Shown here: one piece after another, positions 25,136 through 39,659 of the stretch
How positions within the stretch are numbered: the stretch's first letter is position 1
How the letters are laid out: every line of letters starts with the position of its first letter
NCBI RefSeq assembly: GCF_009834535.1
Contig: NC_045697.1
Span: forward strand, 85,872,001 to 85,936,000
Origin: Camelus ferus
Lineage: Eukaryota
Reading direction: 5' to 3'
DNA: 64,000 nt
Translations under genes and position numbers: made by a program
The notes under the pieces: model-generated
The model's input: only the letters and a program-made list of their open reading frames with translations
The model's database searches: none
Told to the model about the DNA's origin: nothing

Positions 25136-25577
25136 AAAAGAAAGAGAGTGACTTGAAACTTTTAAAATCCCTGTGTTCCAAGTCAGAAAATAAAGCTTTT
25201 ATGAGGTTATCAGCACTTTTCCTTCATTAGCGGGAAAGAGTGAGGAAAGTACCATACAGCAGTAATTTCAACTTTAAAAAGACAGGTCTGAGTGCCTGGA
25301 CTTGCTTTTTCATTTTACAACATCCTCAAAGAAGTTCAATCACTTAGGATGCCTACTCACTCCTTTTAAGAGAAAGAGTAACTTGAAAAAAATTTTACCT
25401 ATTTGTTTCTTCTCTGTAAGTAAAATTTTTTTCTTCAGTTTTAAAATGGATTAAATGTAACTTTGCTATGATACTGTAAATGGAATGATGAACTTGAAAG
25501 GGTTTCCATAGTCACAGTTAAATTGAATGTTTAGGTTTTTTTCATTGTTAAAAGTTTCTATAAATAATGAAACAGCA
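25136..25577 (+). pseudogene. Candidate retrocopied mRNA 3'UTR fragment, continuing at 27976-28050 after a nested L1
   Basis: Non-L1 AT-rich sequence inside an L1; the distal part has AATAAA (28011-28016) followed by a low-complexity tail. Confidence 0.4.
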
Positions 25578-27975
25578 ATGGAATTTATCCCAGGTATGCA
25601 AGGGTCTTTCAGTATCCACAAATCAATATGATACATCACATTAACAAACTGAAGAGTAAAAACCATCTGATCATCTCGATAGATGCAGATAAAGCTTTTG
25701 GTAAAATTCAACATACATTTATGAGAAAAACTCTCCAGAATGTGGGCATAGAGGGAACATACCTCAACATAATAAAGGCCATATATGACAAACACACAGC
25801 TAACATCATACTCAACAGTGAAAAACTAAAAGCATTTCCTCTAAGATGAGGAAAAGACAAGGACACCCACTCTCGCCACTTTTATTTAACATAGTTTTGG
25901 AAGTCCCAGCCACAACAATCAGAGAAGAAAAGGAAATAAAAGGAATCCAAATTGGAAAAGAAGTAAAACTGTCACTGTTTACAGATAACATACCATACAC
26001 AGAAAATTCTAAAGATACCACCAGAAAACCACTAAAGTTCATCAATGAATTCAGTAAAGTTGCAGGATACAAAAGTAATAACCAGAAATCTGTTGCAGTT
26101 CACACACTAACAATGAAATATCAGAAAGAGAAAGTAAGGAACAATCCCATTTACCATCACATCAAAAAGAATAAAATACCTAGGAATAAACCTACATAAC
26201 AAGGTAAAAGACCTGTACTTGGAAAATTATAAACATTAATGAAAGAAATTGAAGACAACACAAACATATGGAACCATATACCATGTTCTTAGATTGGAAG
26301 AATCAATATTGTTAAAATAACCATACTACCAAAGGCAATCTAAGATTCAATGCAACCCCTATCAAATTACCAGTGGCATGTTTCACAGAACTAGAACAAA
26401 AATTTTTTAAATTTGTATGGAAACACAAAATACCTCAAATAGCCAAAACAATCTTGAGAAAGAAAAACAAAGCTGGAGGAATCATGCTCCCTGACTTCAG
26501 ACTATACTACAAAGCCACACAGTAATCAAAACAGTATGGTACCGGCACAAAAACAGACACATAGATCAATGGAACAGGATAGAAAGCCCAGAAATAAACC
26601 CATGCACTTATGGTCAATTAATCTATGACAAAGGAGGCAAGAATATACAATGGAGAAAAGACAGTCTCTTCAATAAGTGGTGCTGGGAAAACTGAACAGC
26701 CACATGCAAAAGAATGAAATTAGAACATTATCTAACACCATAGCCGAAGATAAACTCAAAGTGGATTAAAGACCTAAATGTAAGACTAGATACTATAAAA
26801 CTCTTGGAGGAAAACAGAGACAGAACACTCTTTAACATAAATCACAGCAATATTTTTTTTGGATTTGCCTCCTAGAGTAATGGAAGCAAAAGCAAAAATA
26901 AACAAATGGGACCTAATTAAACTTAAAAGCATTTGCACAGCCATAAACAAAGAAACCATAAACAAAACAAAAAGACAACCTATTGAAAAGGAGAAGACTT
27001 TTGCGAATGATGTTCCTGATAAGGGGTTAATATCTAAAACAGATAGAACTCATGGAACTCAATAGCAAAAACACAATCCAATTAAAAAACAGAGGACCAG
27101 AACAGACATTATTCCAAAGAGGACATACAAACAGCAAAGAGGTACATGAAAAATGCTCAACATCATATCACTATTCACCAGGGAAATGCAAATCAAAACC
27201 ACAATGAGGTATCACCTCACACCTATCAGAATGGCTGTTATCACAAAGGCTGGAAATAACAAGTGTTGGCAAGGAAGTGGAGAAAAGGGAACCCTCGTGC
27301 ACTGTTGGTGGGAAATTAAGTTAGTGTAGCCAGAAAATGGTTTGGAGGTTCCTCAAAAAATTTAAAATGTAACTACCATATGATCCAGCAATTCCTCTCC
27401 TGGGTATTTATCCAAAGAAAGCAAGAACACCAATTAGAAATGATATGTACACCCTAAAGTTCATAGCAACATTATTCACAATACTCAAGATATAGAAGCA
27501 GCCTAAGTGTCCATCAACAGATGAATGGATAAAAAAGATTGGAGAGAGAGAGAGAGATCTAAGAATAAAAAAAGAATAAATTTTTTCCATTTGTGACAAC
27601 ATGGATGGACCCAGAAAGTACTATACTTACTGAAATAAGATAAAGAAAGACAAACATTACATGTTTTCACTTATATGTAGAATCTAAAAATTAAGACAAA
27701 TAAATAAATATAATAAAACAAAAACAGAATCACAGATACAGAGAACAAACTGGTAGTTACCAGAAGAAAGAGGGGTAGAGGGAAGGGCAAAATAGGTGAA
27801 GGGGATTAAGAGGCACAAATTACAAGGATGTAATGTACAGCACAGGGAATATAATCAATATTTTTAAATATTGTAACTTTGTATGGAGTGTAATCTATAA
27901 AAATATCAAATTACTCTTTGTATACCTGGAACTAATATAAAATTGTAATTCAACTATACTTCAATTTAAAAAAAT
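25578..27975 (+). mobile_element. 5'-truncated L1 (RT domain to 3'UTR) nested in the compound insert
   Basis: ORF2 motifs [27 protein letters not shown] and KWDLIKLKS; 3' end aactatacttcaatttaaaaaaa. Confidence 0.93.
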
Positions 27976-29695
27976 AACAGGCAAAATAAGATTCAAACTT
28001 TTCCAATTAGAATAAAGCACTAGTTTACTGGGTGGTGGAGGGGGGGGGGACTCCCAACAAAGAAAAGCCTAGGAGCAGATGACTTTATAGATGAATTCTA
28101 AGAAACAGTTAATGAATTACTACAAATCCTTCTTAAACTCTTCGAAAAAATATAAGAAGAGGGAACAATTCCAAACTCATTCTGTGAGACCAGCATCCAG
28201 ACAAAACACTGCAAGAAAAAAAAACAACTATAGGACAATATCCCTACCAAACACAGATGTAAAAATCCTCAATAAAATACTAGCAAGCAAACGACAAAAG
28301 CATATAAAAGAATCATACACCATGGTTAAGTAAGATTTATCCTTGGGATGAATAAATGGTTTAACATATGCAAAATAATCAGTAAATATATATCCACAGA
28401 ATAAAGGATAATCACATGATCATCTCAATAGATGCAGAAAAAGCATTTGATAAAATTCAACACTCTTTCACAATAAAAACTCTCCTCAAATTAGGTGTAG
28501 AAGAAACTTACCTTGACTCAATAAAAGCCATTTACAGAAAGCCCACAGCGAGCAGCATATTCAACAGTGAATACCTGAATGCCTTTCCTCTAGATCCAAA
28601 ACAAGGCAAGAAAACACTCTCACCACTTCTATTCAATATAATACTAGAGCAACTATTCAGAGCAAGTAGGCAAGTAAAAGAAACCAAAGGCATTCAAATC
28701 AGAAAAGAGAAGTAAATTGTTTTGTTTGTAGGTAACATGATTTTTTATGTAGGAAATCCACCAAAAAAACTGTTAGAACTAATAAGCAAACTCATTAAAG
28801 TTGCAGGATGCAAAATCAACATACCAAAAAATCACCTATGTTTCTATATATTAACAAAGACCTATTCCAAAAGGAAATTTTAAAAATAATCCAATCTACA
28901 ATCAAATAAAAAAAATACTTAGGAATAAATTTAACCAATAAGGTGAAAGACTTGTACATTGAAAACTATAAAACATTAACAAAAGAAATTTTTAAAAGAC
29001 ACAGATAAATGAAAGGATATCCCATGACCATGGACTGGAAGAACTCATATTGTTAAAATATCGATGTTTCCCAAAGCAATATATAGATTGAAACCCAATG
29101 TTTTAAAGAAATAGAAAAAATAACCCTAAAATTCATTTGGAACCACGAAGAACTCCAAATAGTAAAAGCAATTTTGAGCAAAAAATACAAAGCTGGAGAT
29201 ATCACAATCCTTGATTTCAAAACATATTACAAAGCTACAGTAATCAAAGAAGTAGGACATTGGCATAAAGCTGATATATAGACAAATGGAACAAAAAAGC
29301 CCAGAAATAAACCCATGAATATACTGCCAACTGATCTTACATAAGGATGCCAAGAATATATGATAAGGTAATAATAGTCTCTTCAATAAATGGTACTTTG
29401 GAAATTGGATATCCACCCCCAAAAGAATGAAACTCGACCCTTATCTTCCACCATATATATAAAAATCAACTCAAAAGAAATCAAAGACTTAAACATAAAA
29501 AAATGAAACAATAAAATCCTTAGAAAAAAAATCTTCTAGACATCACAGTGGGCCGTGATTTGTTGACTATAATATCAAAAGCACGAGCAACTAAACCAAA
29601 AACAGACAAGTGGGATTACATGAGACTAGAAAGCTTCTGTACAGCAAAGGAACTAATAACTAGCAAAACAAAAAGGCAACCTACAGAATGGGACA

Positions 29696-30032
29696 TCCTG
29701 GTTGTGTCTACATTTTAGCAATTATGCATAAAGCTGCTATAAACGTCTGTGTGTGGGTTTTTCTGTAGATGTAAGTTTTCAGCTCCTTTGGGTAAATACC
29801 AATGAGTACTATTCTCAGATTGTATGGTAAGAGTAAGTTTAGTTTTATAAGAAACTGCCACAACGTCTTCCAAAGTAGCTATACAATTATGTATTCCCAC
29901 CAGAAATGAATGAGGACTCCTCCACACCCTCAACAGCTTTTGACTGTCAGTATTTAGGATTTTGTCATTCTAATAGGTACATAACAGTTTCTTGTTGTTT
30001 GTTTAATTTGCAATTCCCTACTGACATATGAT
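29696..30032 (-). mobile_element. Old L1 ORF2-end fragment, antisense
   Basis: aaagctgctataaacgtctgtgtg...ttcccaccagaaatgaatgag. Confidence 0.8.
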
Positions 30033-30299
30033 TCTACTTTTAAAGTTCAAAAATAAGCCAAACTAAATATCTTTTTTGAAAAATATGATTAAAATTAAGC
30101 ATAAGTATCTGTGTGTGTATCTTAGCAAGGACACAAGGAAGTTAAGTTTCCTGATCCAGCAATCCCATTTTCCCTGACTTCTGTAAAAGAAGGGAAACTT
30201 GGAGCAAATTTTTGCTGCACTACCTCACAGTCTAAATTACAAAACATGTCCATAAAAAAAATACAGATGACTGTTGAAGCCTAACTATCACCTAAAAGG

Positions 30300-30850
30300 T
30301 CATAGAAGTTAACTATGTATGCAGTATCACCAATTTTATAGGTGAGGAAAACTGAACTTCACAGTTGAAGAGATTTTTCCAAGACCACCCACAAATGGAT
30401 AGAGCCATAGTTAAGACTGAGAGCTCTGATTAAATCCTAACACCATACTTGAGCTTAAGTTACTTGCTTCAACAAATTTAATGGTGATCTTTGAAAAGAC
30501 CAACCCTGAAAAGCTGCTGACTCAATAATCTATTTGGTTATTATCCACACTCTCATCTTTCTTCATCGTCTTCAGCAAGACAAGAGGAAAGAACACCAGA
30601 CATGGAGTTGGGAGCTCAGGGCAGAAAGCCTTAATCTACCCTTGTCTATGTGTCTTCAAGCAAGTCACTTACCCTCCTCGAACCTCAATTTCCTTGCTTT
30701 TAAAATGTGAAAATAGTATTTAGTCTTTTAAAAAATACTTAATGTCTAAGGCACCCCTTAAGTGCCTTAAATATTCCCTAAATCACTCTTAATAAGGACC
30801 CTAAGATAAATTAAGCAAAAAATATTTTGTAAACTAATATACATTATACA
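30300..30850. mobile_element. Two MIR relics (minus about 30300-30450, plus about 30585-30850)
   Basis: attttataggtgaggaaaactga; caagtcacttaccctcctcgaacctcaatttccttgcttttaaaatg. Confidence 0.65.
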
Positions 30851-31699
30851 AAAAATGATAATTTAAAACGAAGTCAAGGGTCAAATCATACTGTTTTCTC
30901 TACCTGGCATGAGTCACCATGCTGCCTTTGTGTTGATAAATATATGCCAGTTAACAGTGGCTGATTAAGTCCTCTACTAAAACAAAAACCTCTTAATCAA
31001 GAAAATCTGAAGTAACTTTTCTAAAGTGGAAGGCAGGGAATATAAACCAGGATGGACAATCTCTAGATTCTGACTCCAACTGTAATGTCCTTCTGCATGA
31101 CATTGTTAATATTCAAATAACATTAAAAGAAGATGGTTAATTTTATTAAAAAGTGAAAAGGATTTCACCTCCTACAACTGTAACATTATTTTAAGTCTCA
31201 GTATCACTCCTGAAAATGTTCAGTTTTGAATACTGCAATATACAAAATGTCAAGCCAAGACATTGTCTAACAAACAACATACTAAATTTTTTATTTAAAA
31301 TACTTGCAAGAGATATTTTTTGTTTAAAATTCTTGCAAAGGATGACCCATTTTTTTTAATGTCCTAGCTACCATTCTTATAGGTCAGAGGACCAAAAAGA
31401 GATAAATTGAAACATTTGATAAATATCAAGGATACCTCTAAAAGTTAAATTGATATTGCTGGTTAATTTAATTCCTGCTTATCTTGGACAGAAGGGTTGG
31501 GGGAATAGGAGTGAAGTCTTTATGATCTTCAGTTGTCCAGGCCTTAGAACTTCAGGGGTGAAAAATCATCAAAGATTACTGCAACCTCCTCTAAGAGAGG
31601 AAAATATTAAAGGAAATAAAATGACACAAGAGGCTAAACAGCCATTAATTTTAAATCCTGGGACTTGCTCTTGGCAGAAAGATCAAGTAACCCTGAATG

Positions 31700-32090
31700 G
31701 CCATTTGGTTTTTCTCCCACAGTCTCAGAAATCTGTTGTTTATCTGGAGACATGACCATATACTCCAACAACTCTTGCAACTAGATGTGGCCAAATGACA
31801 AATTTTGGCCAATGGTATATGAGTAGAAGTAATGAGTACAACTTCCATGGTATGCCCTTAAAGAAAGGAGTATACTCTTTTCCCACTTTTTCCTCTTCCC
31901 TCTAGTGGAACTGGAGATGTAGTGATGCCCCATCTTGGACCACACCCTAGACATGGTTGGAGCAACAAGGTGGAAGGAAGCGGGATCTTCACTACTCTAA
32001 AGGCAGCACAGCCATACTAACTCAAGTCAAGAAACAAACTTCAAGGTTATTTCAGCAGCTGTAAATCGGGGTCAATGGCACAGCACCCAA
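31700..32090 (+). mobile_element. MaLR (MLT1-type) solo LTR relic
   Basis: cttgcaactagatgtggccaaatgacaaattttggccaatggtatatgagtagaagt, the MLT1 signature. Confidence 0.8.
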
Positions 32091-33068
32091 GGCCACAATT
32101 CATTCCTCTGGCCTGTCTCTGTGCACGTCTGAGATGACTAAATAGGAGAATAACAGATCATTATAATATATTACTTTACAAACTATATTTAAAAGTTTAA
32201 AAATCACTAAGCACTATCTCGGCATGTGATATGGGCACCTTCTCAAGACAAAACTATCACCTCTTTAATGACCCATAAGGATAGTGCTACCCAAGGTGGA
32301 AGGAGATGGCAGCAACATTTAGCATATGAAGGTAAAGCAAACATGATTATTAGAGTCATCTCATTTTTTAAAAAGTAAAAATGTTAAAGGGAAAGGTTTG
32401 AGTAAGCAGTGAAAGAGGATGTGTGTTATTGGCTTGCTTGCTAAATTTTCAAAAACTGGTAACAGAGAGATTACCTCTGAGGCAGAGAAAGGTTTCAAGC
32501 AGTTGATAAAGTAGGCTGACCCATCAAAATACCATTAAATTATACTATCAAAGGTGGTATGAAATATGGAACATCGATCTAAATACAAACTTTAAATTTG
32601 TCAATTGCTTTGCAACTACAATACACTGATTTACAATAATCTATACACATATGCTTGGCAATCGTTTCACAGAGGGGTCTGATGCTACTATAGGCTTAGT
32701 AGCCAGAAATTGGTACAAGACAGCTGGCTGTAGCCATTATCACCAAGTCTTTGACAAGCTCTGTCTTTCATCAGAAATCCTGGATTCAGCCAGACTTGGC
32801 TCTGCCTGTCATATTTGCCTGACTAATGGCCTTGAAATGTTGTCTCCTTTGAACAGTACAATGTAAAACTGAAAGTGTTCTACCACTGTTATTTCACCGT
32901 CACCAGCTTAATCTTAAAGGATTTGATCAGACCATAGTCATGTCGCAGAAGGTAGAAGGAGAGAAAAGGAAAACTAATGGTTATTAAGTAACTTTTCTGT
33001 TTCAGGCTTTGTGTACGTTAAATATATGTAGATACACATGTATTTGTATATGTATTTATAAGCATATA

Positions 33069-33980
33069 AAGACCTAAGCAAGCAATTCTCCAAGGAAGAA
33101 ATACAAATGATCAATAGGCACATGAAAAAATGCTCAATATCACTAATTATCAGAGAAACGCAAATCAAAACTACAATGAGGTATCACCTCACACCAGTCA
33201 GAATGACCATTGTTCAAAAGTCCACAAATGACAAATGCTGGAGAGGCTGTGGAGAAAGGGGAACCCTCCTACACTGCTGGTGGGAATGCAGTTTGGTGCA
33301 GCCACTGTGGAAAACAGTGGAGATTCCTCAAAAGACTAGGAACAGATTTACCAGATGACCCAGGAATCCCGCTCCTGGCATATATCCAGAAAGAACCCTA
33401 CTTCAAAATGACACCTGCGCCCCCATGTTCATAGCAGCACTGTTTACAATAGCCAAGACATGGAAACAGCCTAAATGTCCATCAACAGATGACTGGATAA
33501 AGAAGTGGTATATTTATACAATGGAATACTATTCAGCCATAAAAACTGACAACGTAATGCCATTTGCAGCAACATGGATGTTTCTGGAGAATGTCATTCT
33601 AAGTGAAGTAAACCAGAAATAAAAATACCATATGAGATCACTCATATGTAGAATCTAAAAAAAAAAAACAAAAAAAAAACCATAAATACAAAACAGAAAC
33701 AGACTCACAGACATAGAATATAAACTCATGGTAGCCAAGGGGGCAGGCAGTGGAAAGGGACAGACTGGGATTTCAAAATGTAGAATAGATAAACAAGATT
33801 ATACTGTATAGCACAGGGAAATATATTCAAGATCTTGTGGTAGCTCACAGCAAAAAAAAAGTGTGACAATGAATATATGTATGTTCATGTATAACTGGAA
33901 AACTGTGCTCTACACTGGAATTTGACACAACATTGTAAAATGACTATTACTCTCGATAAAAAATGTTAATAAAAAATAAA
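33069..33980 (+). mobile_element. 5'-truncated young L1
   Basis: [28 protein letters not shown], 3'UTR and A tail; same subfamily as 2349-3112 and 62007-64000. Confidence 0.95.
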
Positions 33981-34097
33981 GTACATACACAGAGTAAAGA
34001 ATAAAAATTAAATAACACTCATGGACACACTACCTAAAGTAAGAAGACATTACAAACATGATGACATATCTGAGATCATTTAAAAATCAAAATTTTA

Positions 34098-34562
34098 TAA
34101 CGTGGTTCAAGCATCCAAAATGGAGCCAGGTGGCCACTGTGAGACCCTGATTTCAGACTTCTTCCTGCATCACTAAGAACTTGAATTTTCTGAATTGTAT
34201 CAAGCTCAAGGACACCACTAGCTGTTTTCAAAACAGTTTCTGTTAGAAGCTGCTACCTGCAACCCTGTACTTTCAAAGTCCCCCCTAAACTTGCATCTGT
34301 GTAATTATTTCAAACCCAACCCAATCTTTACTTAGCAAGCACTCTTACTTCTTGCCAGCTCCAATCTTAATTCTTGACAAACAATTTATATAACCTTGCA
34401 GTTTCGGCTTTATAAGTTTCCTGCATTTTGTGGTATGGCAGAGCACAGTTCAAAAGCTTCTTGAAACTATGTCTCCTGGGCTTCAGTCCTAACAAACCCC
34501 AAATAAATGCCTCTTTATTTCAACCAGGTCTCCTCTCTTGGAATTCTTGCTTAATAAGTGTC
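34098..34562 (+). mobile_element. Probable ERV1-class solo LTR
   Basis: ccaaaatggagcc, TATA-like ctttataag, aataaa at about 34502; lies within an old antisense L1. Confidence 0.5.
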
Positions 34563-36430
34563 AAAAATCTCCCGTACAACCCTCTCAATCATATCTTCAT
34601 CCTTCCCTTCCAGAGATAACAATTCTGTGCAGTTTTGTGTTAATCACATCCTTGCTTTTCCATATACACCACTTGTGTATCTAATAAAATCAACATCACC
34701 TTTGAGATTTACTCTTGTTGTGTGTAGTTGTGATCCATTCATTTTCATGAATGTCTAGTATTCCACTGTGTGATATACCACAGTTTATTTATCCATTCTG
34801 TTACTTTCATTTTTTCACCATTATATACAATGATACTATGGACACTCTTGTTTATGTCTCCAGGTATACATGTTTATATAGAGTATATACCTAGAAGTTA
34901 AACACCTGGGTCATAGAGCTGGTGTGTATTTCACTTTATTAGATAATGCCAGTTTTTTCCAAAGCACTAGTTTACAGTGCCTTTGGCAGAGTATTGTTTT
35001 GTTGCTTCCAATATTCACCTACACTTGGAATTGTTAGACTCTAGCCAATATTAAAAGGATGAAATGGTATACCAATTTTGTTGTTTTGGATATCTTTGGT
35101 TATTAATAAAACTAACATCTTATCATACAATTATTACTCATTATTTTTCATCCCCTATGAAATATCTGTACATGTCTCTTGCAAGTTTTTAATATTTTTG
35201 CAAACATATATTCTGAATATCCTTTGATGGTTTAATGTGGTACACTTGTCTTTTCCCATTCTATGAACTGTTTCCTATTCAGTTTACGGTATATTTTGAT
35301 AAACAGTTATTCCTAATTTTAACGTAGCTAAATTTATCAATTGTTTCTCATTTCTTCTGTACTTTTGTATCCTTTTCTGTGAAATTCCTCCTTACCCTAA
35401 AGTCCTAAAGATACTCTCCTTGTATTTCCTTTTAAATGCTATACAGTTTTGCCTTCCATATTTCAGTTTTGCTCCACCTGGAAGTCATTATTATATATTG
35501 TAAGATGTAGAGAATCAATCAAGAATTTCCATAGAGATAACCAATTTTCCAAAAATTATGGGTAATCTTCCTAGTGCTTTACAAGTACTGAATTTCTATT
35601 TATGCACCAGTCTGCTCTGGCCTATTCTCCTGCCATCTTCTTCCCTGCCCGCCCCCATTGATGGCCAGTCTGTCTACCCTTGTGTCTACACCAAACCACC
35701 TCAATGGCCATAGTTTTACATAAGACAAGGTACCTGGTAAAGCAAGTAGCCCTGACTTAGTTCTTTAGAGGTGTCTTGTTATTATTGGATCTTTGCTACT
35801 CCACATAAATTTTAGAATTCCAACTGGGATTAAGATTAGAATTGTACTGACTTTAAAGATCAATTTGATCTTGATATCATGGTTTTTTGATCATCACTGG
35901 GACATTTTCAAGTCATCTTGAAACACAGTTTCCACATATATTCCAGTTACATGCTTTTTTCTTTCCAGGTTATTTAAGATACAGCATTTTCTTTGTGTTT
36001 CTGTAGGACATTTCCAGAAATTCTGTAAAACCCAGAATTAGTCATTCAGGTAACTATGGGATGATGGGAGGATTTTTTTGCTTTGTTTTGTTTGTACTCT
36101 AGTTGAATATTTTTAATTAAAAAAAACTTACTATATTGCTTTTTAATATACTCATTTAAAAAGATTATTTACTGCTATATTCAATCTTGAAATTGTGAAA
36201 TATTGAGTGTATGTCTCTCCATTTATTTGAGTCTTCTTGGCTCTTATTTACTACCTGTCAATAAGGCTTGCAATTTTCTCTATAGATACCAGGCACATTT
36301 TATGTTAGATTTATTCTTAGATATCCCACATATTTTTATTGCCATTAAATGATAGGTTACTTTCATTTCTAAATGCTCATTGCTAATGTTATGCTACACT
36401 TTTTGTTTGTAATACCTGGCATCTTTCAAT
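34563..36430 (-). mobile_element. Old L1 (L1ME-like), antisense
   Basis: tagtattccactgtgtgatataccacagtttatttatccattct and degenerate antisense ORF2. Confidence 0.75.
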
Positions 36431-36995
36431 CAGGTATATAACCACAACACAAAGAGATAGTTATGATTAATCAGTATTTTATGAATAAAAACCATGAGAA
36501 CTAGAAAAGGAAGGAAAATAATGACTCTTGAGTCCTTAAAATCAAAGAGAAACAGAGAGAAGCAGGAGGGAAAGCAAGGAAAACAGTTCCCCCTAACTCC
36601 TGGGCTTATCCTTGCTCAGCACCCACCCGCCCACAACATAAGAAAAGAGAATTCATCTTAACGTCTCCACAGTCTCCTATCCCCTGAGGCCTTCGCTAAT
36701 TTTACCAAAATACACGCTTTCTTAAAATAATATCAATTTGTAAGTTTGAAATTATTTCCAAATAAACAGTTAAAAGTAATAGTCAACTTTAATGAAGAAA
36801 AGCATTGTTTGCGAGGAACTGTCAGCCCCCTAGAACTCGTGAGTCCCTCAAATTATAAGCAGGACTGGCCCTCCTGGCCTTCTGCCCTGCCTCCGGTGGT
36901 TCCCCTGCTCACACAGAAATAATTCTGGAATCCCACCTCGACAGGACTTTCCCCAGCACTGCTCTTGGAGCTTGTGAACTCTCCCTCCACATTCT

Positions 36996-37488
36996 TATAA
37001 ATGAGCAGGTCCCTATGGGGCCTTCCCAGGACAGACCCCTCCCTCATCTCCTCTGCTGTAGCTCCTCTCTGAAGCACCTAGGTGATAGTACCTGATCCAC
37101 ACTTCCTGAGTTGTTTTGCAGATGCTAAAACCCCCACCAAATGGAAGAAATTAACCACCTGATGACCATGAGAAGAAGCCCGCAGACCTAATAGCCATTA
37201 AGGATTGATAACGTTAACCCCTGTGACACCACCCTGGTACCTCACCTTCAACCAATCAGAGAATTGTGTGGAAAGTGATCACATACCCTAGGACTCCTCC
37301 CTCATCTGGCCTTTAAAAATGCTTTGCTGAAACCCATTGGGGAGTTCAGGCTTTTTGAGCACTAGCTGTCCCAGACTCCTTGTCCAGTGCCTTACAGTAA
37401 ATGCTGCCATTTCCTTGACCACAATCCTGTGTCAGTAGACTGGCTTTACTGCGTGTGGGTGAGAGGACCCAAGTTTGGTTCGGTAAAA
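36996..37488 (+). mobile_element. ERV1 solo LTR (LTR39-like of artiodactyls)
   Basis: gagcaggtccctatggggccttcccaggacagacccc start, ccaatc, tttaaaaa, agtaaa, ggacccaagtttggttcggtaa end. Confidence 0.8.
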
Positions 37489-39659
37489 GTCTCACTCTCC
37501 CCCATCAAAACCAACCCCTCTGTGTTTCAAACAGATAAGACTCTCCTCTCTGACAGTGGACTACTTAACCTACGTAAATCAGTTCTTGATAGCATAAATG
37601 CATGTTTAAAACAACATTCAGGGAAAAGACTAATAGAAAAATAGCAGGAAGTACAGGTCCCAAAAATATTGTGAATAAATGGGTCTTTTGCCATCTCCCA
37701 AATCACCTATGTCTGCAGCTATCTGTTCTCTCTTCTACAAAAGCCTGTCATACTAGAATAATAGATAGAGGTTAGGCAGAGGAAAGCAACAGAGACTCTT
37801 TTTCAGCATAATACCTCAAGGATGTAACACTAGCAGAATTTTTAAGCAATTTTTTAACATTATAATACATTATGCTAAAAACTGAGTGATCTAAGATGAA
37901 CTTGGTAAGTCAAACAAGGAAGACAAAGACTCTGAACATAATAGGGCACCAGAGTTGTGTGCAAAGAGACAGTTTGTCTTAGCAGGAGAACGGTTTCCCT
38001 AGTATAACACCCTGAAGTTGGACCAGGAAGCTGTCCTTCTTTATTCTCTCCTCCCACCTGCCACATCTGAAGCACCCTTATCCCAGGTGCTTCCAGGGAA
38101 AAACCCAAATGGACTGAACAACTGACAACTCAAACCAAAGCCTAAGAGAATGAAGAAGTCGAGGAGTGTGTGTGTGCGCAGGGGTAGGGGCAGGCACGTG
38201 GGCAGGGGCAGGAGCAGGGGCGGGGCTAATGGGTGAAACCCTGCAGGGCTGATGTTGGAGGCAGAGGAGAGAAAAGCTCCTGCCAGTGGTCGGCGTGCTG
38301 GGGATGGCTGTGCAAAACTGAAGGAGAAAAACCAAGAACTGTATTACATCACTCCCTGCTTCTCCCGGATGTGCCTGATTATTTAATAGTGAGATTTTTC
38401 AATAATGGACTGTGTTTCCTGCTCTTCTAAACATTAAAGGCATAGCTAAGGGGTTAGATACATAAACATTTCCTTTGCAGATTACATAAGCTGGTCAACA
38501 TTGCTTTATGGTGCCACAAAGGGGAAAAGATTATCTCACTCTTTTGCCTTTTATGAGATCAGGCTGGAAACAATTGCCTACTTAATTTCTCTTCTTGATC
38601 TTTTCTACCATTTTTGAGATCAATAAAATAAAATGATGATGGTTCACAACTCTCCTACCATTTGTATTGCGTCATCTCTTAGGAATGCCCTCCTTCTAAA
38701 TAAGTGAACCTTCACCTTTATATCTGTTCATTAGATTCATGTTTGTTCATTTAATCATTTATTCAACAGATAATAACTGAGCATCTGCTGTGTATCATGT
38801 TCAATGCTAGAGGCATGTCCTAAGACCCTACTCCTTCAATGCTTGGGAAACTGACACAGCTTTATATTTATTAAAATAAACTAAAAAATAAACATAAGTT
38901 TAGTTCTGTGTGCCATTATCGCTTTTTTACAGAGACATTATTATAGTCTGAACTGAAGTTCATAAATCAAAGTTAATCCTGTAATTTTGTAATGTTTATT
39001 CTACGTTCCATCTTTTCCCACTCTCAGCTCTCTACTTTTTAAAATACAGTCTCTATTATTGTTAAAGACAGAAGTCCTGCTGATAGTTCTTATATCACAA
39101 AGTAAAAGTTATTTCACCAGGACCTTTTATTCTAGAAGCTCTTACACATTCATATGTGATAAGATTGCTCCAGGGCTTCTCAGCTGCCTTATGAAAGCAA
39201 CTTGGTACCAAGTGCTGAACTCTTATTTTGAATTCTGAAAGTTGAACCAAGCGTAGCCTGAGATGGTTACTTATGAAAACAAGGAAATAAAGAGCAATAT
39301 TTCTAGGTAACTAGATAGAATTTCTTGGTTGAAAAAAGCAGAAAGCAACTCTGCTCACATTAAGTAATAAGCGGATTTATTATAAGTATACCAATATACT
39401 GATAGGATTGAGGCAAAAGGTTTAGAACCAGTCTCAGTTTAAAAAAAAAGAAAGGAACTAGGCAGCTCAAGAGAGTCACAGTTGCAGGAAAAAGCTGACA
39501 GTAACCTGCTAGGATAAATAACACCCAGCTATCCTTAGATCTTTTCTTCCTCTGCTCATAATTCATGTTCCAGGTAGGGGATGGGTAATGGAGCATCCAG
39601 CTGCTCCAGCTGAGTGCTCTGAGCATCATTCACCAGGCTAATGCCAAGCGAGCACAGGC

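Larger units (their letters stand above)
25045..29695 (+). mobile_element. L1 ORF2 host element (25045-25135, resuming 28050-29695) interrupted by a 2.9-kb compound insert
   Basis: gtaatcaaaaagctc continues as ctcccaacaaagaaaagcc at 28051; RT motifs [16 protein letters not shown] and LSPLLFNI. Confidence 0.85.
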
